Source of the DNA: Octopus vulgaris
Lineage: Eukaryota
Assembly (NCBI GenBank): GCA_951406725.2
Contig: OX597840.1
Coordinates: forward strand, 9,610,001 to 9,674,000
Reading direction: 5' to 3'
DNA: 64,000 nucleotides
Part shown: positions 1 through 12,326 of the stretch, piece by piece
How the letters are laid out: the number at the start of each line of letters is the position of its first letter
Numbering within the stretch: position 1 is the stretch's first letter
Position numbers and translations under genes: made by a program
Notes under the pieces: generated by a model
Database searches by the model: none
The model's input: only the letters and a program-made list of their open reading frames with translations
What the model was told of the DNA's origin: nothing

Positions 1-84
1 CTTATATATATTTCGGAAGAGGAGGAGAAGGAGGAAAGAGAGAGAGGTTTATGTATATAAAAAATCTCTTCCGATTTTACACAG

Positions 85-260
85 AGATAAGTTATTGGTG
101 GTTAGGGATCGATTTACTGTACGAATATGGGGGCAGATCCACCGTGGTATTTGTTCTTCATTTTTGCTTTATGAGTTCGAATTTCACATTGTCCACCTTG
201 GCTATTTTGAGCCAAGTGAACGCTGTTAGAAGCATTTTGGATAGGTTTCCCGACTTCAAG
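85..260 (+). CDS. Candidate isolated coding exon (EISYWWLGIDLLYEYGG...ILDRFPDFK), product unknown
   Basis: Non-repetitive sequence with a pyrimidine-rich acceptor (ctcttccgattttacacag) and an AAG|gtacat donor, open in one frame. A competing minus-strand reading (acceptor near 291, ORF to 114) also exists. No recognisable family. Confidence 0.2.
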
Positions 261-424
261 GTACATTTCCCTCTCCCTCCGTCTCACCCTACAGAAAGTC
301 AAGGGGGCACACAATTATAACATTTATGAATGTATATATCTATGTATATATATGCGTGTATATTTGTATATTATACATACATAATGGTTTCATATTTTGT
401 CACAACAGCAGCAATTTATGGGAA

Positions 425-1242
425 AGGGGTTAAGTCGATTTTATCGATCCTGAAAGGATGAAAGGCGAAATCGACCTCGGCCAAATCTGGATATTTTCGG
501 TTTGAACGGCAGTTTTTTCTAGCGGTATCATATGAAATTGTCACCCATAATTATGACCCTAGTATCGATCTATTGCATTTCAATCTGTTTTAGGGTTAGG
601 GGTGGGGGGAAGGGTATCTTTTTTTCTTCACAAATGTAAATAAACCCAATCTGTTTCTTAAACGAGGAACATATTCATACGGCACAGAATGTTGTTTACC
701 TCAATAGACGTCAGTGATTTGTTGAAATTGCAGAAATTTAAGAAAAAAACAACAAATATCTTACAAACTATAGAATTTTCTAAATAAACCCAAGAGAAAA
801 AGATGTTTTATAAACACATTCTACCAGTATACGAAGTTTAAAAGTGTTTAGTTACCTAGAAATTATGTTAAAAACTGCCGTTCAAACTGAAAACATCTTA
901 AACCAAATCTGTTTCTTAAACGAGGGACATATTCATACGGCACAGAATGTTCTTTAACTCAATAGACGGTCATTGATTGGTTGAAATTGCAGAAATTGAA
1001 AAAAAAAAATATCTTACAAACTATGGAATTTTCACAATAAAGCCAAGAGAAAAAGATGTTTTATAAACACATTCTACCAGTATACGAAGTTTAAAAGTGT
1101 TTAGTTACGTGGAAATTATTTTAAAAAACTGTCGTTCAAACCGAAAAGATCCCCAAAATTTGAACTCAGAACGTAACGACGGGCGAAGTAACGTAAAGCA
1201 TTTTGCCTGGTGAGCTAACGTTTCTACCAGCTCGCTGCCTTT
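425..1242 (-). mobile_element. SINE A copy split by a DNA-transposon insertion
   Basis: 425-488 and 1153-1242 are consecutive parts of the SINE A reverse complement. Confidence 0.8.
489..1152. mobile_element. Non-autonomous TIR element (GG termini, Merlin/MULE-like) with duplicated right half
   Basis: TIR ggatattttcggtttgaacggcagttttt (489) versus aaaaactgtcgttcaaaccgaaaagatcc (ends 1152). A second right TIR lies at about 870-898 because about 646-898 is repeated at about 904-1152. Imperfect 8-bp TSD ccaaatct/ccaaaatt. Confidence 0.75.
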
Positions 1243-1454
1243 CAGTAAAACCTGCCACCTCGCCGCTCTATGTAATATATACATAATAAAAAGGAAAATG
1301 CACTGTTTTTAATGGAGAAAATATATTTTTCAAAAAATAAGAAGCTTACGTATTGGATTGTGGTTTCGCTTCTTTCGCCCTTCATGACTGCGCAGTTTCT
1401 GATGACGTCATAATTAGTTGTTGTCATTCAATGTTCGTTGGAGATCAGATATAC

Positions 1455-2000
1455 ATTCCTACAAACACACACACACATATATATATGTACGTACGCATGT
1501 GTGCATGAGTCGAGTGTATACACACACATACGTATATATCTATGCATATACGTATATATGTATATGTATATACGTATATATCTATGCATATACGTATATA
1601 TGTATATGTATATACGTATATATCTATGCATATACGTATATATGTATATGTATATATGTATATATCTATGCATATATGTATATGTACATGTATATACGTA
1701 TATATATGTATGTATATATGTACACACACGCATATATATATATGTGTGATCTGATCAATAACTCTCCGGACTGTTGCCATAGTAACGAAGTTAAAGCATG
1801 CCGAGTGAAGCCACATATACGTATATATGTATATGTATATATGTATATATCTATGCATATATGTATATATATATATATCCATGTAAGTATATATATATAT
1901 ATGTATGTATATATGTACACACACACACATATATATATATATACGTGATCTGATCGATAACTATCCGGACTGTTGCCATAGTAACGAAGCTAAATCATGG
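1455..2000. repeat. TA/CA-rich minisatellite with a duplicated ~55-bp unique motif
   Basis: About 42-bp atacgtatatatctatgcat units; gtgatctgatc...ccggactgttgccatagtaacgaag occurs at about 1746 and 1945. Confidence 0.8.
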
Positions 2001-2022
2001 CGTACAAAATACATAAATACAT

Positions 2023-2444
2023 AGGTGCAGGAGTGGCTGTGTGGTTAGTAGCTTGCTTACCAACCACATGGTTCCGGGTTTAATCCCACTGCGTGGCACC
2101 TTAGGCAAGTGTCTTCTACCATAGCCTCGGGCCGACCAAAGCCTTGTGAGTGGATTTGGTAGACGGAAACTGAAAGAAGCCCGTCGTATATATGTATATG
2201 TGTATATATTTATATACGTGTGTATGGGTGAGTGTATATGTTTGTGTGTCTGTGTTTGTCCCCCTAGCATTGCTTGACAACCGATGCTGGTGTGTTTACG
2301 TCCCCATCACTTAGCGGTTCGACCAAAGAGACTGATAGAATAAGTACTGGGCTTACAAAAGAATAAGTCCCGGGGTCGATTTGCTCGACTAAAGACGGTG
2401 CTCCAGCATGGCTGCAGTTAAATTGCTGAAACAAGTAAATGAGT
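2023..2444 (+). mobile_element. SINE C, full length (tRNA-like head, CORE-like accttgggcaagt, internal microsatellite)
   Basis: A-box tggctgtgtggt and B-box-like ggtttaatccc; homologous copies at 25928, 32086, 39905 and 47510. Confidence 0.85.
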
Positions 2445-2679
2445 ACATGCGGTCATATCTCAGGCGGTGTTGACAAGAAACAGCCAATTCAAGCGTTGCG
2501 CCAATGAACGTGCTTGCAGAACGGAATCTGCACTGAAGGGCATTTGCGAGCATAGGGTTGTGTAAGGTTCAATAAAGGGATGGGACTCTTCTAACAAGAC
2601 GGACAAATCAACATGTAGGTAGATCTCGGACAGAAATAGTGAAACTGTGTGGAACAGGAAACGGAAATAGTTTTTAGTT

Positions 2680-4571
2680 ATGGCAGGGAGCTGGCAGAAA
2701 CGTTAGCACGCCGGGTGAAATGCTTAGCGATATTTCGTCTGCCGCTACGTTCTGAGTTCAAATTCTGCCTAAGTCGACTTTGCCTTTTATCCTTTCGGGG
2801 TCGATTAAATAGGTACCAGTTACGCACTGGGGTCGATGTAATCGACTTAATCCGTGTGTCTGTCCATGTTTGTCCTCTCTGTGTTTAGTCCTTTGTGGGT
2901 AGTAAAGAAATAGGTATTTCGTCTGCCGTTACGTTCTGAGTTCCAATTCCGCCAAGGTCGACTTTGCCTTTCATCCTTTCGGGGTCGATTAAATAAGTAC
3001 CAGTTACGCACTGGGGTCGATGTAATCGACTTAATCCGTTTGTCTGTCCATGTTTGTCCTCTCTGTGTTTAGCCCCTTGTGGGTAGTAAAGAAATAGGTA
3101 TTTCGTCTGTCTTTACGTTCTGAGTTCAAATTCCGCCTAAGTCGACTTTGCCTTTCATCCTTTCGGGGTCGATTAATTAAGTACCAGTTACGCACTGGGG
3201 TCGATGTAATCGACTTAATCCGTTTGTCTTTCCACGTTTGTCCCCTCTGTGTTTAGCCCCTTGTGGGTAGTAAAGAAATAGGTATTTCGTCTGCCGTTAC
3301 GTTCTGAGCTCAAATTCCACCGAGGTCGACTTTACCTTTTATCTTCTCGGGGTCGATTAAATAAGTACCAGTTACGCACTGGGGTCAATGTAATCGACTT
3401 AATCCGTTTGTCTGTCCTTGTTTGTCCTCTCTGTGTTTAGCTCCTTGTGGGAAGTAAAGAAATAGGTATTTCGTCTGCCGTTACGTTCTGAGTTCAAATT
3501 CCGCCTAAGTCGACTTTGCCTTTTATCCTTTCGGGGTCGATTAATTAAGTACCAGTTACGCACTGGGGTCGATGTAATCGACTTAATCCGTTTGTCTGTC
3601 CATGTTTGTCCTCTCTGTGTTTAGCCCCTTGTGGGTAGTAAAGAAATAGGTATTTCGTCTGTCTTTACGTCCTGAGTTCAAATTTTACCGAGGTCGACTT
3701 TGCCTTTTATCCTTTCGGGGTCGATTAAATAAGTACCAGTTACGCACTGGGGTCGATGTAATCGACTTAATCCGTTTGTCTGTCCTTGTTTGTCCTCTCT
3801 GTGTTTAGCCCCTTGTGGGAAGTAAAGAAATAGGTATTTCGTCTGCCGTTACGTTCTGAGTTCAAATTCCGCCTAAGTCGACTTTGCCTTTTATCCTTTC
3901 GGGGTCGATTAAATAGGTACCAGTTACGCACTGGGGTCGATGTAATCGACTTAATCCGTTTGTCTGTCCATGTTTGTCCTCTCTGTGTTTAGCCCCTTGA
4001 GGGTAGTAAAGAAATAGGTATTTCGTCTGTCTTTACGTTCTGAGTTCAAATTCCACCGAGGTCGACTTTGCCTTTTATCCTTTCGGGTTCGATTAAATAA
4101 GTACCAGTTACGCACTGGGGTCGATGTAATCGACTTAATCCGTTTGTCTGTCCATGTTTGTCCCCTCTGTGTTTAGCCCCTTTTGGGCAGTAAAGAAATA
4201 GGTATTTCGTCTGTCTTTACGTTCTGAGTTCAAATTCCACCGAGGTCGACTTTGCCTTTCATCCTTTCGGGGTCGATTAAATAAGTACCAGTTACGCACT
4301 GGGGTCGATGTAATCGACTTAATCCGTTTGTCTGTCCATGTTTGTCCCCTCTGTGTTTAGCCCCTTTTGGGCAGTAAAGAAATAGGTATTTCGTCTGTCT
4401 TTACGTTCTGAGTTCAAATTCCACCGAGGTCGACTTTGCCTTTTATCCTTTCGGGGTCGATTAAATAAGTACCTGTTACGCACTGGGGTCGATGTAATCG
4501 ACTTAATCCGTTTGTCTGTCCACGTTTGTCCTCTCTGTGTTTAGTCCTTTGTGGGAAGTAAAGAAATAGGT
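2680..4571 (+). mobile_element. SINE A multimer: one head plus ten 184-bp bodies
   Basis: aaagaaatagg recurs at 2904, 3088, 3272 ... 4560 (period 184). 14-bp TSD aatagtttttagtt at 2666-2679 and 4572-4585. Confidence 0.95.
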
Positions 4572-5000
4572 AATAGTTTTTAGTTTTAAGACCTCACATT
4601 GTTGAAACAGTTAAACAAATGTATTAAAAAAATACTGGCGGAGAAAAATGGTTGCTTCAGTAGTGCGTCGAACAAATTGCTTTATTATAATATATATTTG
4701 AGATCTTGACGTTAGGAGTTCAAATTTTTACTGAGATCAACTTCGTTTTTTCTTCATTCCAGGGTCAATAAAGTAGCAGTGATAGACTGGGGTGGATTTA
4801 ATATTTCTATAAAACATCCTAGATGTCAATGGAAGTTAAACAGAAGACTAACACTAACTTTGACTTTCATCGTTGTTGGGTAGATAACATGAAGTACCAG
4901 TAATATACTGTGGTGGATTCAATCAGTCATAGACTCACAAGCCAAAGCTCGAACTCATTTTTATTTTGTAATTTTGCTCTTTTTCTATGCTTGTTTACAG

Positions 5001-5156
5001 CCTTCATCAACACCGGTAGTAGTAGTAGTAGTTGTGGTGATGGTGGTAGTGGTAATAGTACAAGTAGTAGTGGTGGTGGCAGTAGTAGTAGTAATAGTAG
5101 TAGTGGTAGTGGTGGTGGTAGTGGTAGTGGTAATAGTACAAGTAGTAGTAGTGCTG

Positions 5157-5193
<37 letters not shown>

Positions 5194-5227
5194 GGGTGGT
5201 GGTGGTAGTGGTAGTGGTAATAGTACA

Positions 5228-5266
<39 letters not shown>

Positions 5267-5704
5267 GGTAGTGGTGGTGGTAGTGGTAGTGGTAATAGTA
5301 CAAGTAGTAGTAGTAGTGGTAGTAGTAGTAGTAGTAACGATTGGGTTATTTCTTTATCAAGAACTGGTAGGGTGAAACGTAAAGTACGATTTTCCATACC
5401 ACCACCACCACCACCACCACCACCACTACTACCGCCGCCGCCGCAACCGTAGCCGCCGCCGCCGCCGCCGCCTCCACAAACACCATCACTCCACCCACCA
5501 GCACCACCACCGCCACCTCCACAAATACAACCACTGATTCTATCGTAATAAACACCAACAGCACCACCACCAACACCAACTCCATTAACAACAACAGCAA
5601 CATTAACTACTACTACTACTACTACCACCACCACCACCACAACCACCACTACTACTACTACTACTGCTACCACCACCACCACCACCACCACCGCCGCCAC
5701 CACC

Positions 5705-5756
<52 letters not shown>

Positions 5757-5990
5757 TTACTGCTGCTGCTGCTGCTGCTGCATCAGGAGAAATCTCTGAA
5801 CAAGCGGAGCGTTTTCGTTCGCTCTCTGATTGCGGATGTTGTTTTGAGCGGAGACTCTTTCCTCGGCTACACCGCCGTCCAACGTCTGACTCCTCCCCAC
5901 CACGACCACCACCAACACCACCACCACCACCTTCCAATCAATACAACAACAGCCTCCATCATTCTACTTCTCTCTCTCATCTGGCACAAA
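5001..5990. other. Triplet-repeat mosaic (AGT/GGT/CCA/GCC/GCT) with CpG-containing unique islands; possible UTR or low-complexity exon
   Basis: Strong plus-strand acceptor ending at 5000 (ttttctatgcttgtttacag). Unique CpG-rich segments at 5340-5398 and 5783-5890. A 336-codon minus-strand ORF is mostly homopolymeric. Confidence 0.3.
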
Positions 5991-6084
5991 AAAAAAACCA
6001 TTTCGCTATTCAAGATTTTAATGAACACACACACACACACACACAACAAACAACCCAGCTGAAATTAGGCTAACAAATGCTCAC

Positions 6085-6283
6085 ACATACACACACACAC
6101 ACACAAATACACAGACACACATACATGTGCACGGATTTATACGCTCATACACATGTACAGATATACACATAAACACAAATACATGTTCATTCTTTCGCTC
6201 CATGGTCGGGATTTTTCATTTACACACATACACACGCGCGCACACACACATATCTATATGTGTATCCGTATTTGTATAGTGTG

Positions 6284-6315
<32 letters not shown>

Positions 6316-6374
6316 CATACATACATACACACACATATATGTATGTACATATATGTTTATGTGAATATATGTGT

Positions 6375-6459
<85 letters not shown>

Positions 6460-6641
6460 GCACACATGTATATATAACTGCTTCTGTTTACATAATCATA
6501 CGTGATGTATACGCCTGTATATATGTACGTGTACACATACACAAACACACATATTTATATCCAAATACACATATATATGCATGTATATATATATACATAT
6601 ATACATACACATATATATATGTATATATATGTATATGTATA

Positions 6642-6721
<80 letters not shown>

Positions 6722-6790
6722 CGTACATATATATGTAGATATATATATATTTGTGTGTGTATGTATGTGTGCGTGTGTGTATTATGATGC
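6085..6790. repeat. Compound (CA)n/(TA)n microsatellite
   Basis: Direct reading. Confidence 0.95.
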
Positions 6791-7377
6791 AGATAACGGT
6801 GCAGACAAATAAATATTTGAGATAATTCATTCATGATCCACAGAAATAATGCCCCCTTCAATAGTTCTAATCGTCTGACAATATAATAGCGGCAGGAAGT
6901 AAGCATTAATATATTTCCATTGCACACATTATGAGTTTGAAGGAAGGGATGATGGGATGATGGGACGATGGCGAATATTTCACAATTAAAGCCGCCATGT
7001 TGGCGTAATGGTCCTAATGAAAATAGTTTGGCCTGTTCGCCTGGATTGTTATGGAGATTACATCGTTTATTGAATTCTTCTCAATAAATACCCTTGCAAG
7101 GGCATCGGAAACAATGGAGAAATATAGCGGTGCAGTGAACGCAGTAAATAATGTTTTATTTTTTCACTGTAAGGAGGTAAATGGGGGGAGACAATGAAGA
7201 AATGAATAAATGAGGTCAGTGTTTCGTACATTTGCCCTTCATTGAGAGGGAAGTAGAGAAGAAAAAGGCAGAGAGGAAAAATATACAATATGTATTTCAT
7301 ATACCGTTAAATATATTTTGATCGTTCTTTATATTATAATATCATATTATACATACATTTATGCATATATGTACATA

Positions 7378-8018
7378 TATTTTTTTACTACCCACAAGGG
7401 GCTAATACATATACACACACGTGTGTATATGTATGTATATATATATATATATTTATATAGTGTGGTGAGGACAGACAAACGGATTGAGTCGATTATATCG
7501 ACACCTGTGCGTAACTGGTACTTAATTTATCGACCCCGAAAGGATGAAAGGTAAAGTCGATCTCAGCAGAATTTGAACTCAGAACGTAACGACAGACGAA
7601 ATGCCTATTTTTTACTACCCACAAGGGGCTAAACACAGAGGGGACAAACAATGACAGACAAACGGATTAAGTCGATTACATCGACCCCAGTGCGTAACTG
7701 GTACTTAATTTATCGACCCCGAAAGGATGAAAGCAAGGTCGACCTCGGCGGAATTTGAACCCAGAACGTAACAGCAAACGAAATACGTATTTCTTTATTA
7801 CCCACAAGGGGCTAAACACAGAGGGGACAAACAAAGACAGACGAAGGGATTAAGTCGATTACATCGACCCCAGTGCATAACTGGTACTTAATTTATCGAC
7901 TCCGAAAGGATGAAAGCAAAGTCAACCTCGGCGGAATTTGAACCCAGAACGTAACAGCTGACGAAATACGGCTACGAATCTCGCCCAGCGTGCTAACGTT
8001 TCTGCCAGCTCACCGCCT
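7378..8018 (-). mobile_element. SINE A trimer
   Basis: Head at about 7970-8018 and three bodies joined at gaaata/tatttc. Confidence 0.9.
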
Positions 8019-8339
8019 CATGCATATATGTACATATATCTATATGTTCGTTTGTGTGTGTATGTGTGTGTGTAGTATCAATAAGGAGAACGGAGATTTT
8101 TCACATCCATAATCTTATTCAGCAATTATTTGCAGCATTTTTTCGGGACCTACACGGGTTTCAACATGAGGTTAGGGTGTTGTATTGTAAGGTTGTGGTT
8201 ACGATTCCTGGATCAGACATTCCAAGTTGTTCCAGCCTACTCAACGGGTAAAAATAAGTAATTGTGCCACAGACCGGACCGGCGTCCCGTCCAGGAGTGG
8301 GGAATATGTACACCACAGATTCCATAGATCTGTGGTCTT

Positions 8340-8582
8340 CGAATCAGCTTTCTCCTTTCTGGTTTCCTAATTTGTCAAGATTGGTATTTAGGCAGTGTGT
8401 TACATATCCCAGTGCCCCAGTAATTACTGGTATAAACCTGAACATGTAATCTGGTAAGGGTAACTGCAGATTTCTCAATGGTTCAGCATAAATATTCTCT
8501 TTTGCACTGATCTTCAGCTTTATATTAACATCCGCTGGGCAACTGATTTCCATAACTTTACACATTTTCTCTTCTCTATCCT
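8340..8582 (-). mobile_element. R4/Dong-like (RLE) non-LTR retrotransposon fragment
   Basis: Translation EISCPADVNIK..KENIY..FIPVITGALG matches the restriction-like endonuclease C-terminus. Confidence 0.75.
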
Positions 8583-8656
8583 AAATCATTATATCAGCAC
8601 TATTCTGTATGTATGTATTTATGTATGTATGTATGTATGTATGTATGTATGTATGC

Positions 8657-8695
<39 letters not shown>

Positions 8696-8741
8696 TGCAT
8701 ATATATATATATATATATTATATATACACACACACACATGC

Positions 8742-8800
<59 letters not shown>

Positions 8801-8811
8801 CATATATACAT

Positions 8812-8846
<35 letters not shown>

Positions 8847-8852
8847 ATATAC

Positions 8853-8889
<37 letters not shown>

Positions 8890-9564
8890 CACACACATAC
8901 ATACTGACTTTATTTTATTATTCATTCATAGTCTTCAAAAATCTAATTACTGATATCAGTAGAAGAATCTAGAACTTATTTTCTCCAAAATAGAAATCTT
9001 TGATGAGACAGCTCATTAGTGCTGCAGCTTGAAAAGTATAATTAATTACTTTCCCAAATTCCCCACATTCATAACATACTCCCTGAGGTATCATTGTCCC
9101 TTCTTAAACACTAAGTGAAATAATACCAACAATTCCCTATCCGTTCTACATAATAATTTTTCAGTTATTACAACTAAAGAAAAGTCTATCATAGGCAAAA
9201 CTGAAAAGACAGTGAAAGCTGTATTACTAACAAGCATGGCATCTAACCATCTAACCTGACAGAAACACCTTGAGCAAGGTGCACCTGCATAAGCATCAAC
9301 AGCTTTCACATAATCGTTTAATGTCTAAGAGATGGAGCAGAAATCACCTCCACCCATGCGACCTGGCTGATTGAACAAACCATAAATTCCGAACAGCAGA
9401 GAGAAAATTTAATCAGAGCTACTGTAAAAATACTTCGCCCTTCAGGCAGAAGAGCACAACTTTGTCAAATTACATTTAGCACTGATACACACACACACAC
9501 ACACACACACATACACATACACATACACAAACACAAACACACACATATATATATAGATTACATT

Positions 9565-9762
9565 CGCCATGATAGATCGCTAGCCACTACATGATCTTTA
9601 TTTTCTCACCTTGTTTCTTTCTGTGTTCCTTTCTGTGGGAGAGCGTAGGCTCGAAACGTTAAAGACTTTTTCACTTCCCGAGCGTTATACTAATACATCT
9701 GTTTGTTTTGTACATCACCTGTCTTCGTCTTTTGTTTTTGTTTTTTTCGTGAACTCTCCCCT
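9565..9762 (+). mobile_element. Penelope-type terminal repeat family with a hammerhead-like motif (other copies on minus: 20400-20530, 35195-35390, 55020-55140, 56760-56940)
   Basis: Shared cttt-ctgNNga-agagcgtaggctc-gaaacgtH-aaag motif and shared flanks. Confidence 0.65.
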
Positions 9763-9775
9763 ATATATATATATA

Positions 9776-10148
9776 TATTTCTTTATTGCTCACAGGGGGA
9801 TAAATATAGACAGGACAAACAAGGACGGATAAAGTGATTAAGTCGATAACATCGAGCCCAGTGCGTAACTGGTACTTATTAAATCAACCCCGAAAGGATG
9901 AAAGGCAAAGTCGACCTCGGCAGACAAAATACCAGAAGGGGTTAAACACAGAGAGGACAAACAAGGACAGACAAACGGATTAAGCCGATTATATCAACCC
10001 CAGTGCGTAACTGGTACTTATTTAATCGACCCCGAAAGGATGAAAGGCAAAGTCGACCGCGACGGAATTTGAACTCAGAACGTAGCTGTAGACGAAATAC
10101 CGCTAAGCATTTCGACCGGCGTGCTAACGATTCTGCCAGCTCGCCGCT
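9776..10148 (-). mobile_element. SINE A dimer (junction partly deleted)
   Basis: Two bodies and one head. Confidence 0.85.
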
Positions 10149-10166
10149 CTAAGTATATATATATAT

Positions 10167-10197
<31 letters not shown>

Positions 10198-10210
10198 TAT
10201 AGATAGATAT

Positions 10211-10283
<73 letters not shown>

Positions 10284-10734
10284 CAGATAGATAGATAAAA
10301 CTTACTTGGAAAAGGATGTGTGCCGTTTGATCATATAATAGTATAAATAGTAAATAAATATATGCATATATACATACATATATATGTACATACCTATATA
10401 TATATGTATATATACATGCATATATGAGTACAGGACATAAAAAAAAACGTTGAAAACAATGAGAAACGAAAACATAAAAACAAAAACATATAAACGAACT
10501 TTTTTCAAACAACGAAAAAACAGAGAAACGAGACATACAACATAAAGAATATTCCCCTTCTTTAGTTGCCCCTGTTTCAACTACTCCGCATTTCATCTAC
10601 TCGAAGATAAGGACAAGATGCGACTTGAACTTATCTTCTGGGATCGATATAATCGACTTAATCCGTTTGTCTGTCCTTGTTTGTCCCCTCTATGTTTAGC
10701 CCCTTGTGGGCAATAACGAAATAAGAAATCATAT

Positions 10735-11150
10735 CCTCAGGTTTGTGTGTGGGCTACAAGGCCTGTTTTTGCTTGCTCTGCAGCAGCGATGACCTCTGCT
10801 ACATATAAGACTACTTGACACAACAGAGAAGTGAAGCCACTCATGTGCTCTTTCGTATAATCTCTGTTGTTCCCCCTGAATGACTAGAACTAGGAGCTTC
10901 AGCGATCGGTGCCGTTCCTAGCACACCAGAGCCATCTCCTCCCAAGTGACTGGGGAAGTTCCAGAACGCTTTAGATGTCCCTTCAGCACATCCCTGTATC
11001 GCACCCTCTGTCCACTACGACTCCGCCTGCCCTGACACGGTTCAGCATAGAAAAACGCGCTTTATAAGTCTACCATCCTGCATCCTAAAAACAAGTCTCG
11101 CCCAGCGCAGTTGCCATAAGATGAAGTAGTGAGGACCACCCGATATGCGT
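10735..11150 (-). mobile_element. RTE (BovB-like) LINE 3' fragment
   Basis: QLRWARLVFRMQDGRLIKRVFYAEPCQGRRSRSGQRVRYRDVLK...WEEMAL resembles the RTE ORF2 C-terminus. Confidence 0.8.
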
Positions 11151-11222
11151 ATTATGCATATATATACATATATTAGTACACACATATGTATATATATACA
11201 CACACACACATATATATATATA

Positions 11223-11410
11223 TGGTGTACAGTTCCGTGAGGGTAAGATCCACAAAAATGACTCCACCTGGTGAGAAATAAGTATTATTTAATAAACACA
11301 GTATATATTTTTATGTGCTACTATTAGTTTCATGTGCTGAGCGCATGCCAAACAATATTTTTAACACGTCTGGTGTCCAAGCACAATCATCAGGAACTGC
11401 CCACATGGCA
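11223..11410 (-). mobile_element. Putative solo LTR
   Basis: Begins TGCCATGTGG, ends ACACCA, contains attaaa and sits in a TA microsatellite. It shares its first ~27 nt with the element starting at 11529. Confidence 0.5.
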
Positions 11411-11425
11411 AACATACATACATAC

Positions 11426-11509
<84 letters not shown>

Positions 11510-12326
11510 ATATATATATATATATATATGCCATGTGGAAGTTCCTGATGACTGTACTATTATTTATATGTATATACCAGTAATTATTTAAGTGTTGGGT
11601 GTGGCTACCAGACATCATCCAGGTTTGTCGTTTGATCTACCCCAGAAATCTCACTCGCGAGGGGTCGCTGCAAGATTGATCCAAACGTCCTTTGTGTGCA
11701 ATAAAGTTTCTGGTATATTGCATTTTCCGTTTCTGTCATTTGTTACATGTGTGTGTGTGTGTGTGTGTGTGCATGTGTACCTCACTCCTTGTGAACTCTT
11801 TTATTCGATATTAGACTCATGTGCCGTACAACGCAGAGCCACTCCGGAGTCTACGTCGTATGGATAGCAACATCTCCCCACATACTAGAACAGTTTCCAT
11901 AAACGAGGACAATATCTATATGAAGATTAACCGTTTGACGATGGACATACCTCGTCCATCGAATAAGTTTTATACCCAGGAAATCGTAGCTGAACGGAGG
12001 AAAACATTAAATGTACACTTAGAAGACATATTTTACATTTCTAAAACCACGAAAACCCGCCAGAGAACACTGCAATATAGACATTTAAAAGTCACTGAAA
12101 GCTTTAGCTCCAAACACCGTTCGAAATCGACCTCTTTGATTTGATAGCCAATGCACACTTCGGTAGTGCACCAGCACCTTTCAATAGAAAGTCAGAACCA
12201 ACGTTAAGAATATTGAGAAATCCAGAAATACCTTTATTTTCTCTGATAAAACCAATAACCTGTACGAAGTAGAAAACAGGATATATAAACAACTAATTTA
12301 ATAAGAGCATCGCTAATAACTATAGA

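Noticed and set aside
2730-2914. Hammerhead ribozyme in the 184-bp unit (retrozyme)
   Set aside because: No CUGANGA core with a matching GAAA and stems found on either strand.
2680-4571. CRISPR-like array
   Set aside because: No unique spacers; the units are contiguous 184-bp SINE bodies in eukaryotic DNA with no cas genes.
8930-9480. Reverse-transcriptase remnant
   Set aside because: Looks like decayed coding sequence, but no motif could be read reliably.
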